A DNA stretch of 64,000 nucleotides from a virus: positions 43,402 through 107,401 of the IMG/VR virus record IMGVR_UViG_3300032053_000016; one strand, written 5' to 3'. The position numbers and the translations under genes are program-made. Numbering within the stretch: the stretch's first letter is position 1; each line of letters begins with the position of its first letter. The notes beneath the pieces are model-generated. The model was not told the DNA's origin, ran no database searches, and saw nothing but the letters and a program-made list of their open reading frames with translations. This document shows, one piece after another, positions 55,975 to 64,000 of this stretch.

Positions 55975-56223
55975 TCGTCTACCTGATCACGTGCACCGTC
56001 AACGGGAAGGAGTACGTGGGCGTCACGTGGTCTCAATCGACACCCTGTGCACGTTTACGAGAACGATGAGCATGTCGCTACCTACCTCAGGCTAGAGTTC
56101 GTAGCTGAAGACATGAGAGTCAGTCTCAAAACTTTGCGCAACTGGTTGCGCTCTGGGAAGGATTTCGGTGCTCGTCGGTACGTACGAGACGAAAGTACTA
56201 TCAGCGCATTGCGCTCTAAGTAA
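55971..56223 (+). pseudogene. internally deleted GIY-YIG homing endonuclease remnant
   Basis: VIVYLITCTVNGKEYVGVT in one frame; NUMOD1-like PVHVY..VATY..AEDMRVSLKTLRNWL in another frame. Confidence 0.7.
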
Positions 56224-56232
56224 AGGTAACTA

Positions 56233-56949
56233 ATGGGCTTCTTGGATTCGAGCACAAATAACGTGATTGTGGACTGCGTTTTAACCGACGTGGGCCGCCA
56301 ATTCCTCGCCCGAAACGACGGTAGTTTCTCGCTCGTCAAGTTCTCGCTCGGCGACGACGAGGTTGACTACACGAACGTTCGAAAGTACGGTCGCACCGTC
56401 GGCAAGGAGCGCATCGAGAAGCTCACCCCGGTGCTCGAAGCCCTGACGAACCAGTCGTACGCGATGAAGTACAAGCTCATTAGCGTCTCCAACCCCAACC
56501 TTGTTCGACTCCCTCGACTGTCCCTGTCTGGCGACTCGAACGTCAACAGCTCGACCGGCGTCGTCACGCTTGGCCGAACGACGCAGAAGACGTCCGCCAT
56601 CTCCGTCGAGCAGACGATCCAAGGTGAGTCCACGATCGACGTGGAGTTGCGTGATCAAGTGTTTCAGGTCGAGATGAGCAACCTCTTCCTACAGGTGCTC
56701 CAGAGCACGCCGGACACGACAGACGGCCAGCAACGTTCGACCTACTTGCTCCCTCGCTCTCCTAGCGAGAACAGTCAAGGTGGATCCAGCTTGCAGTTCA
56801 CGCTCGCTGCAAAGAGCATCCCAGACGCGCAGTTCACCGTCTACGGGTCGACCGCCAACAAGAACATCATCTCGACGTACGTGCGTGTCACCGGCCTGCA
56901 ATCAGGCGCGGTGCTCGAGTACAAGGTCAACATCAACAAGTCCATCTGA
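56233..56949 (+). CDS. putative baseplate/tail structural protein
   Basis: MGFLD..DCVLTDVGRQFLAR..KFSLGDDEVDY. Confidence 0.65.
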   Translation: MGFLDSSTNNVIVDCVLTDVGRQFLARNDGSFSLVKFSLGDDEVDYTNVRKYGRTVGKERIEKLTPVLEALTNQSYAMKYKLISVSNPNLVRLPRLSLSGDSNVNSSTGVVTLGRTTQKTSAISVEQTIQGESTIDVELRDQVFQVEMSNLFLQVLQSTPDTTDGQQRSTYLLPRSPSENSQGGSSLQFTLAAKSIPDAQFTVYGSTANKNIISTYVRVTGLQSGAVLEYKVNINKSI

Positions 56950-56999
56950 TGAAGAAGAACGCAAGCAACCAGAGCTACGGATCGTTTTAGCTTCCCGTC

Positions 57000-57773
57000 G
57001 TGGCGCTGATCTACCGGATCGACAGTAAGGAGACCGGCTTGACGTACGTCGGGCAGACTGTCTTGCCGCTTGACGAGCGGTGGAAGGCTCACGTCGCGTA
57101 CGCTTGGTGGGTCATTCGTCACATGCCGGAGAAGGACACCCACTTCGCGAGGGTGATCAGAAAGCACGGCGCGAAGACGTTCGTGCCGAGCGTTATCGAG
57201 GAGACGGCGGTCGAGTTGCTGAACGAGCGTGAGATCCACTGGGTCGCAGAGCTTGGGACCTTTGAGAACGGATACAACTCGACGAGGGGTGGCGGCGGCC
57301 GAAGCGGGTACGAGTGCTCCGAGGTGACGAGGGAGAAGTTGCGTCAGGTCCAGTTGGGTAGGAAACACACTGACGAGACGAAGGCGAAGATCTCGGCGAA
57401 GAAAAGCGGCGTGAAACAAGATCCAGCGATTGTTGAGAAACGAGCTTTCGCAAATCGAGCCGCCGGGCATAAGCGTTCTGATGAGGTCAAGCAAAAGATT
57501 CGTGCGTCGAACGTTGGACAGACGCGAACGCTTGAAATGAGAGCTAAGATGGCAGCATCGGCCAAGGGGAGAGTCCTGTCAGAATCGACAAAGAAGAAAC
57601 TCGGTAAGCGCGTTAGACAACTGACGAAGGAAGGCGTCCACGTTCAGACGTTTGATACGCTCACTGAAGCAGGCCAAGCGACAGGCTATTCGAAGGGCGC
57701 CGTATGTAACAACATCCGCGACCCGAAGCGTTTCCCGCTGAAGGACGTCATCTTCGAGCACGTGACTACGTAA
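57000..57773 (+). CDS. GIY-YIG homing endonuclease with NUMOD3/NUMOD1 motifs
   Basis: LIY..YVGQT..RW..H; LNERE; GYNSTRGG; HTDETKAKIS; FDTLTEAG. Confidence 0.88.
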   Translation: MALIYRIDSKETGLTYVGQTVLPLDERWKAHVAYAWWVIRHMPEKDTHFARVIRKHGAKTFVPSVIEETAVELLNEREIHWVAELGTFENGYNSTRGGGGRSGYECSEVTREKLRQVQLGRKHTDETKAKISAKKSGVKQDPAIVEKRAFANRAAGHKRSDEVKQKIRASNVGQTRTLEMRAKMAASAKGRVLSESTKKKLGKRVRQLTKEGVHVQTFDTLTEAGQATGYSKGAVCNNIRDPKRFPLKDVIFEHVTT

Positions 57774-57785
57774 GGGACACAGAAC

Positions 57786-59024
57786 ATGGCAATTTACAAG
57801 GAACTCGCGTCGGATAACATCAAGGTTGCCAAGAGCTTCTTGTCGCAATTAGTTGAGGTTTTGCAGCAGGACATCTCCGGCTCCTCCACCCGTAAGAAGT
57901 ACCAGCACTTCGTCACTGGCGCGGGTGTCGCCCCTGGCGTCACATCCTCGCTGTTTCAGACCGTCCACGACCAGGACTTCACGATCCAGACGACAAATCC
58001 GCAGTTCGACATCACGGTCGGCCTGTTCGCTAGCGGCACGATCGCGTCGACCATCAAGACCGGCACAGACTCGGCTGGCAAGCTGCTTTTCCCTTCAAAC
58101 TCGCTGATGATGCGCGAGAAGGTGGACATCTACCGACAGTTCGCACAGCTGTTGCTTGGAGATGCCACACTGCAGTTCACAGCGCCGCTTGACTCGACAA
58201 CAGCAACTGACGCGATCGACGCCGCCATGTTCGTCAGCTTTCGTCGGTTGTTCGCGCGTGACAAGATCAAGCGTGAAACGTTCGCGTTGAAGTTCCATTA
58301 CTACGCGAACGTGTCTGAGCACAACCAAAGCCACCCTGGGAACATCGCGACCGTCATCTCAGGGTCAGAGCTCACCGGCGCTTACATCTACACAGACGTT
58401 GGCAGCGCTAACAACCGCAACGTCAGCGTTGGCGGAGAAGTTGGCAGCGTCGTTGAATCCTCCAACACGTCGAACACGGTCGGGTTGCTGTTCTACGACC
58501 GTGGCATCGCCGTCCTTGACCTTGCGAAGCTCATGAGCGGCAGTCAACGCGCTTCTGGATCTGTGAGCACTGTTGGTCCTGGCGGTTTGCACGGCCTTGG
58601 TGGCGGTGCCCAAACGATCGGCGGCACATTTGCAGACAACTCTAACGCGACCTTCATCCCCGACTTCATGACCAGCGGCTCGATCGATGACATCGTCGAT
58701 CACCTCTGTTCGGTTCGGTTCCACACGGGATCCGTCACCGCGATCACGTTCCAGAACGTCACGAACATCAACTCCACGCTGATCTCTGTTCAAGCTGGAC
58801 CTGACGAGTTCAACTACTCGAGCAACCCGACGTTCCGAGACACCGACGATCGCATCGTTGTCATCGAGGCTGGCCAGGAAGACATCTCACAGACGTTCGT
58901 GTTCGTCACAAGCGTTGGGTTGTTCGACGCGAACGACAACCTGCTCGCGGTGGCCAAGCTGAGCCGTCCGGTTGAGAAGAGTCCTGAACGGGGATTGAAC
59001 CTCAGAGTACGTTTGGATTATTGA
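57786..59024 (+). CDS. putative baseplate wedge/tail-fibre attachment protein
   Basis: EFNYSSNPTF..VTSVGLFDANDNLLAVAKLSRPVEK..RVRLDY. Confidence 0.65.
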   Translation: MAIYKELASDNIKVAKSFLSQLVEVLQQDISGSSTRKKYQHFVTGAGVAPGVTSSLFQTVHDQDFTIQTTNPQFDITVGLFASGTIASTIKTGTDSAGKLLFPSNSLMMREKVDIYRQFAQLLLGDATLQFTAPLDSTTATDAIDAAMFVSFRRLFARDKIKRETFALKFHYYANVSEHNQSHPGNIATVISGSELTGAYIYTDVGSANNRNVSVGGEVGSVVESSNTSNTVGLLFYDRGIAVLDLAKLMSGSQRASGSVSTVGPGGLHGLGGGAQTIGGTFADNSNATFIPDFMTSGSIDDIVDHLCSVRFHTGSVTAITFQNVTNINSTLISVQAGPDEFNYSSNPTFRDTDDRIVVIEAGQEDISQTFVFVTSVGLFDANDNLLAVAKLSRPVEKSPERGLNLRVRLDY

Positions 59025-59039
59025 AAGGACACGGGCCTC

Positions 59040-61409
59040 GTGTCCATCAAACGTCTACCTCCTGAAGCGATCGAGACATTCTCGATACTTCTACACCCAA
59101 AGAGAGCGTACGTCTCATCGTCTTTAGGGGTAACAGGATCGCTCAAAATCTTCTCGAACCCATCGGCTCGCGAGAAAGACATCTTCTTGCCGTCGGCGTT
59201 CGTTGACACAGCACGTTCGTCGAACACGCTGGAGTCCACCCTTCGAGCATTGCAGGTGAAGGTCGCTGGCGGAACGTCAAATGTTTCAGAAGCGATGCAG
59301 TCGTACCTTGATCAGGTAAATTCCACGCCTACATCCGCCAAGAACACGATGGACTTGGAGATCCTACGCCACGCTCCAACGACACTGTACACGATCAACA
59401 CCGCCAAGAAACTGTTCGTGCAAGATAGTCTGATGCCGTACTACCGTGTGCATAGGCCGAGCAACAACTGGGCGTACGTCAACTACCACAGCGTCAACTT
59501 CTTCACGAGCGACACAGTCCCAAGCGACGCGGCTTGGCTCTACCCGAATGTGCGTGACGCTGAGTACCCGAGTGGTTGCTACTCGCCGACTGGCAGCTTC
59601 ACCTTCGAACTCCACGTCAACCCACGTTACACGGCTGACGTGACCAGCTCGTACAACGCAGGAACGATCATCCACCTGTCGTCGAGCTACGTGCTTTCGT
59701 TGGTGTCTGGATCTTCTCGTGGCCGCGACGGCAACCCTGACGCCTTCCGTCTGCTTCTGCAGCTGTCAGGGAGCGCCGACGTTCAACCGAGTCAGGTCAC
59801 ACCCGGCGTCGGTAACGGTGTGTACGCTTACCTGTCCGATGACAACAGCTTGCGTCTCAACAACTGGCACCATGTGCTTGTGACGTGGGGCACGAGCAGG
59901 AACGATCAAGGCACAGGTAGTTTCTACGTCGACGGCGTCCAGAAGGGCGTGTTCGTCTTCCCTGGCAACACGATCCTCCCGCCTGTTGCGACAAACGACG
60001 TGCTTTGCCTCGGCAACTTCTACGAGGGGTCGAACACAGGACCCAGCATCCAGGCCAGGTTCTTCACGACAGACACCGCCGCACGTGAAGGTGTGCATGA
60101 GCTAGACGGCACGTCGGGGGTGAACTACCCTACCTCGTTCAAGTTCAGACACCAGTTGAACGCGGAGCTGCATGACGTCAGCATCCGTGACGAGTACCTG
60201 CCGTCGACTAAGGCCAAAGTGCACGGCTCGGTGACCGTGAAGAAGGCGCCACCCACGGCGGACAACTACCTGTTCTACGTTCCTCCGTTCTTCGTCCCGG
60301 GTTCACCGACGTTGACAGAAGTTGACGGATCTGGCGGACTGCTCATCTCTCCTTTCCACGCGCTGGATGAGAGCAGCAAGCATCCGTTCTCGGCCCCGAT
60401 GTCCTTTGGCGTCGCCGGTCGGTACAACAGTCTTGAAAACTTCACACGGGACTTCGCGACGAACCGTCACGCGCGTGTTCTCCACTTGACAGCGAGCCAG
60501 TTCCTTGACACCACGCCAGGTGCGTTGACATGCAACGATTACCTCTACGCAACAGCCAGCGTGAGGTTGCGTAACCTCAACGTGCTCCCATGCGACGATG
60601 GTAACTTCTGTCCGAACTTCGAGATGGCATCCGTGTTGGATCTCGTCGACGAACCACGTTTCGTTGATGACATTGGCTCGCCAGATCCTGCGCTCATCTC
60701 GTTACGCAAGATGATCTCTGGCTCGATCTACTCGAGCTTGTTTCACCAGACCGGCTCGTTGTTCTCAGATGTCGTGAGACTGCTGCCGGAGTCTGGATCG
60801 CTGTCGCCCACCGTTGTGCCTTCAGGGCTGTACGCTGTGTACCAACGCACGCAGGACGCGTCCTCGAACGAGGTTGTGTTCTTCGACATCAGCAACCTGT
60901 TCTTCGGCGAACGCATCCGTCCGGGTTCGTTCATCATCACAGATCCTGCCATGTCGGGATCCAACGGTCGCGTCTCCATTCGTCTTCAAGACGATGGCAA
61001 CGGTGGGCTCTTTCGTGCTGACAGCGTCACGCAACGCGCCATGTGGAACCACGTCGGCAACGTCTTCTACGAGGAAGGCGTTGTGACTATCAAGTCACCC
61101 GCGTTACCGTTCTTCGGCGCCGAAGGGTTCGAGATCGAGTTCGAGGGTGAGAAGGCAGTGCACACGACAAAGATCAGCGTGCTTGTTGATGCGACATCGT
61201 ACAACACGTCGTCGAACCCGTCGTGGAGCCCGACGATGTCAGCGTCCTTCGACGCGAATCGTGACCCTGAGAATCAGAAGTTCGTCACGATCAGCGGTGT
61301 CAACTTCCACGACGAGAATCTGAACATCGTGATGAGAACGCAGTTGGCGCAGCCTTTGGTCAAGCGTCGCGGAGATCGTTTTTTGATAAGAGTGAAGTTC
61401 GACTATTAG
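59040..61409 (+). CDS. LamG/ConA-domain virion protein
   Basis: SFTFELHV, NNWHHVLVTW, FYVDG; C-terminus paralogous to 57786..59024. Confidence 0.7.
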   Translation: MSIKRLPPEAIETFSILLHPKRAYVSSSLGVTGSLKIFSNPSAREKDIFLPSAFVDTARSSNTLESTLRALQVKVAGGTSNVSEAMQSYLDQVNSTPTSAKNTMDLEILRHAPTTLYTINTAKKLFVQDSLMPYYRVHRPSNNWAYVNYHSVNFFTSDTVPSDAAWLYPNVRDAEYPSGCYSPTGSFTFELHVNPRYTADVTSSYNAGTIIHLSSSYVLSLVSGSSRGRDGNPDAFRLLLQLSGSADVQPSQVTPGVGNGVYAYLSDDNSLRLNNWHHVLVTWGTSRNDQGTGSFYVDGVQKGVFVFPGNTILPPVATNDVLCLGNFYEGSNTGPSIQARFFTTDTAAREGVHELDGTSGVNYPTSFKFRHQLNAELHDVSIRDEYLPSTKAKVHGSVTVKKAPPTADNYLFYVPPFFVPGSPTLTEVDGSGGLLISPFHALDESSKHPFSAPMSFGVAGRYNSLENFTRDFATNRHARVLHLTASQFLDTTPGALTCNDYLYATASVRLRNLNVLPCDDGNFCPNFEMASVLDLVDEPRFVDDIGSPDPALISLRKMISGSIYSSLFHQTGSLFSDVVRLLPESGSLSPTVVPSGLYAVYQRTQDASSNEVVFFDISNLFFGERIRPGSFIITDPAMSGSNGRVSIRLQDDGNGGLFRADSVTQRAMWNHVGNVFYEEGVVTIKSPALPFFGAEGFEIEFEGEKAVHTTKISVLVDATSYNTSSNPSWSPTMSASFDANRDPENQKFVTISGVNFHDENLNIVMRTQLAQPLVKRRGDRFLIRVKFDY

Positions 61410-61436
61410 GCCATACCCAACAGCATACTTAGAGGA

Positions 61437-62411
61437 ATGATCAAAGAAATCAAGATTCTTCCTCGTATTGCTAAAGGCGCACCTGGCCTTCCTCCTCGAC
61501 AGCTCATCCTCGAATGCGATCATTGTCACTCGACATTTGAACGTCTTTACGCGACCGATCGCGCGAAGCAAACCAAACACTTCTGCTCTTCAACTTGCGT
61601 CTACGCTGGCCGTGCTGCTAGTCCGCTTCACGGTCGGAAGACGACCCGATCTTGCTCGCAATGCGGGAAAGAGATCACACGAGCAACTTCACACATGGAG
61701 AATCAAGACATCCTTTGTGATCGTGAATGCTTCAAGTTGTGGAAGGTGGCAACCACTCCGCCTGAACAAGTAGCTGCGATGTCAACCCCTGAAGCTCGCG
61801 CGAAGTCGAAGGCTACCCTCATCAAGCAACGTTCGGCACCAGGGTACGTCCACTCGATGCTTGGTCACGTCCATGGAGACGAATCACGAGCGAAGATGCG
61901 CGAATCAGCCGTTGGCAAGCACGACGGAGCTCTCAACGGGATGAAGGGGCGAAAGCATCGCGAGGATTCGAAGGAGAAGATGTCCGACGGTCACTCGCAG
62001 AACCTTGTCGATGGCAAAGGGTTTGTCTACGGTGGCAATGGACACATGAGTGGGTGGCACACGTCATTCAAGGGCAACAACGGCGAGAGGATGTTCTACC
62101 GCTCGTCGTGGGAGAGGGACATGATGCTCCACCTGGACTCGAACGACGACGTCCCTTCGTACGGGTACGAGTGCGTGCGCATTCCGTACTACGACATTGA
62201 CAACCACAAACGCAACTACGTCCCTGACTTCCTCGTCACGCACGCGAGCGGCCGCCGCGTCCTCGTCGAGATCAAGCCGAAGCAGTTCCTCAACAACGAG
62301 AAGACGAAGCTCAAAGCTGAGGCAGCTCGCGCCTACTGCTCCGCTAACGGCATAGACGTCTACGAGATCCTCACAGGAGAAGACCTACGATCAAGACAGA
62401 TCGTCAAGTGA
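61437..62411 (+). CDS. putative homing endonuclease: Zn fingers, NUMOD3 and a gp4/TnsA-like nuclease
   Basis: CDHC..FCSSTC, CSQC..CDREC; HREDSKEKMS; YRSSWE..IPY..YVPDF..VEIKP. Confidence 0.75.
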   Translation: MIKEIKILPRIAKGAPGLPPRQLILECDHCHSTFERLYATDRAKQTKHFCSSTCVYAGRAASPLHGRKTTRSCSQCGKEITRATSHMENQDILCDRECFKLWKVATTPPEQVAAMSTPEARAKSKATLIKQRSAPGYVHSMLGHVHGDESRAKMRESAVGKHDGALNGMKGRKHREDSKEKMSDGHSQNLVDGKGFVYGGNGHMSGWHTSFKGNNGERMFYRSSWERDMMLHLDSNDDVPSYGYECVRIPYYDIDNHKRNYVPDFLVTHASGRRVLVEIKPKQFLNNEKTKLKAEAARAYCSANGIDVYEILTGEDLRSRQIVK

Positions 62412-62818
62412 AGAAGATCAAGAAGCCACGACGCAGGAAGCGTGTCTCCCGTCGAGCGAAACGCGGCACCCACACCTCACCGAAGGGTGGCACGTTCACT
62501 TACAGGTCGGGATGGGAGCTGAGGTACGCGCTCTACCTCGACGCGGACCCGGACGTGCTCTCGTACCGTTACGAACCGTACAGCATACCCTACGTGTCGA
62601 ACGTGAGGACGGGCAAGGTGCGCCGGTACCACCCGGACTTCGAGGTGTTGAGATCTGACGGCACCCTGATCCTCGTGGAGATCAAACCAAAGAAGAAGAT
62701 GACGCTTCTCAAGAACGTGAAGAAGTTCGGTGCTGCGCAAGCCTTCTGTCTCTTGCGTAGCATGACGTTTTCGGTGATCACAGAAGTTGACTTGAAGGCT
62801 CTAGGTTTGATGAAGTGA
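62408..62818 (+). CDS. T4 gp4-like head completion nuclease (TnsA-like fold)
   Basis: YRSGWE..YEPYSIPY..RRYHPDF..VEIKP..K..AA. Confidence 0.75.
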   Translation: MKKIKKPRRRKRVSRRAKRGTHTSPKGGTFTYRSGWELRYALYLDADPDVLSYRYEPYSIPYVSNVRTGKVRRYHPDFEVLRSDGTLILVEIKPKKKMTLLKNVKKFGAAQAFCLLRSMTFSVITEVDLKALGLMK

Positions 62819-63357
62819 GAGTGCTTGGATTAGATCTTTCGACATCGTGTGTGGGTTATTGCGTTCTCGAATCCTCAGACCTCTCCATCGTCGAACTCGG
62901 CCACATCTCGCTGAAGAAGATCGACGGCCTGTTCAACAAAGTTGACAGTGTCGTTCCAAAGATCCTCGTAATCCTCGATAGTCTGAACGTTGACAGGTGT
63001 GTAATCGAGGAGTCCGTACAGGCGTTCACCCCCGGGTTCTCGTCCGCGCACACGATCCTCACGTTGGCCAAGTTCAACGCGCTCGTCTCATACGGCGTCA
63101 GGAAACAACTAGGCGACGCAAACATCTCGTTCGTGAAGCCAGGCGAAGCGCGGAAGACGTGCGACCTTGTGATGACGACGAAGAAGAAGGCAGGAGTTGG
63201 GCAAAAAGAACAAACATTTCAACAGCTCACCGCTCCTAACGGCCTTCTATCGCACATCACGTGGGACATGACTAAGACAGGCAAGGTGAAGCCAGAGTCG
63301 TACGACAGAGCTGACGCGTTCGTGGTGGCCTTTCACGGCGCGACGAAGCAGAGGTGA
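62815..63357 (+). CDS. ruvC: RuvC-like Holliday junction resolvase
   Basis: VLGLDLSTSCVG, VIEE, KEQ, DRADA. Confidence 0.8.
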   Translation: MRVLGLDLSTSCVGYCVLESSDLSIVELGHISLKKIDGLFNKVDSVVPKILVILDSLNVDRCVIEESVQAFTPGFSSAHTILTLAKFNALVSYGVRKQLGDANISFVKPGEARKTCDLVMTTKKKAGVGQKEQTFQQLTAPNGLLSHITWDMTKTGKVKPESYDRADAFVVAFHGATKQR

Positions 63358-63378
63358 CAGAGACCTACGATCGCGTCA

Positions 63379-64000
63379 GTGATAACCGTCTCGCAGAAGT
63401 ACGAGCTGCTCGTGAAGCTGCTCGGGCCTGGCGACATCGACAGCCGCGCGATCAACGCGCAGTTCTGGTGCCCGTTCTGCAAGCACCACGACGCGAAGAA
63501 GCGCAAGCTGGCCGTCCGCCTCGCTGACGGCATCACACATTGCTGGGTGTGCAACTGGTCAGCGAAGAGCCCAACGCGGCTCGTTCCAGTCTTCGGCGCA
63601 CGTCACCTGTTGGCCGAGCTCACAGCTGCGTTCGGAGACGGAGGCACCGTCGTCGAGGATGAGCCGATCGAGAACGTCGCAGACGCCGAGTTGCCGTCCG
63701 ACTTCTCGCTTGTGTGCGATGAGATCGACAACGGCGTGCGCCACCCAGACAAGCTCGACGCCATCAGCTACCTCGAGAAGCGTGGCGTGTCGTACAGCAC
63801 CGCCAAGTACCTTCGCCTCGGGTTGTCGACCACCGGAGCGTTCCGACGACGCGTCGTCTTCCCCTCGTTCGACGGCGACGGCGCGCTCAACTACGTCACC
63901 GCGCGAGCCATCGACGACGCGACAACATTCAAGTACTTCAACACGCAGAGGCAACGCTCTGAGCTCGTGTTCAACGAGGTCGACGTGGCGTGGAACCGTG
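63379..64000 (+). CDS. DNA primase (gp61/DnaG-like), 5' part, runs off the right edge
   Basis: Manual translation: CPFC..HCWVC zinc finger, YLEKRG, RRRVVFPSFD..LNYVTARAI..KYFN. Confidence 0.85.
   Translation, partial: MITVSQKYELLVKLLGPGDIDSRAINAQFWCPFCKHHDAKKRKLAVRLADGITHCWVCNWSAKSPTRLVPVFGARHLLAELTAAFGDGGTVVEDEPIENVADAELPSDFSLVCDEIDNGVRHPDKLDAISYLEKRGVSYSTAKYLRLGLSTTGAFRRRVVFPSFDGDGALNYVTARAIDDATTFKYFNTQRQRSELVFNEVDVAWNR

Noticed and set aside
56950-57785. Group I intron around the GIY-YIG gene
   Set aside because: Flanking genes look complete, and the short spacers leave no room for a ribozyme core. The same holds for the other endonuclease genes.
61437-62818. Tn7-like transposon suggested by TnsA-like domains
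   Set aside because: No TnsB/C/D genes or transposon ends; the RuvC and primase context fits phage gp4-like nucleases.
1-64000. CRISPR array associated with the Cas4-like gene
   Set aside because: No regularly spaced repeats and no other cas genes were seen.
1-64000. Stop-codon reassignment
   Set aside because: Genes tile densely under the standard code, and TAG, TGA and TAA all end recognisable proteins at plausible positions.

Overview
This window is part of a large, moderately GC-rich, T4-superfamily-like jumbo phage genome read with the standard genetic code. All calls come from motif recognition by eye; no searches were run. The left part (1-38.4 kb, almost all minus strand) holds a gp5-like baseplate gene, a gp55-like sigma factor, a Cas4-like nuclease and a kinase/phosphatase/Pth2/tRNA block. 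It also holds a very large glycan-biosynthesis region: about 12 glycosyltransferase genes, 5 SAM methyltransferases, 2 2OG-Fe(II) oxygenases, rmlA/rmlB/rmlD, a GME-like epimerase and a UDP-sugar dehydrogenase, with free-standing homing endonucleases in between. The right part (38.6-64 kb, almost all plus strand) encodes a divergent GroEL, ClpP, an Hc1-like protein, PIN-PhoH, large virion/baseplate-type proteins, a gp4-like nuclease, RuvC and the start of a primase. The main leads are: (1) two small genes carrying isolated fragments of the major capsid protein (12414-13112) and the portal clip (55361-55675), which may be structural-protein decoys; (2) a shared N-terminal amphipathic helix ending in Glu, often with an upstream TAnnTA motif, on unrelated proteins including an atypical kinase, which may mark virion cargo; (3) a tRNA with an aberrant anticodon arm, followed by an RGPP-encoding leader ahead of a Pth2 operon; (4) the size and make-up of the glycosylation island.
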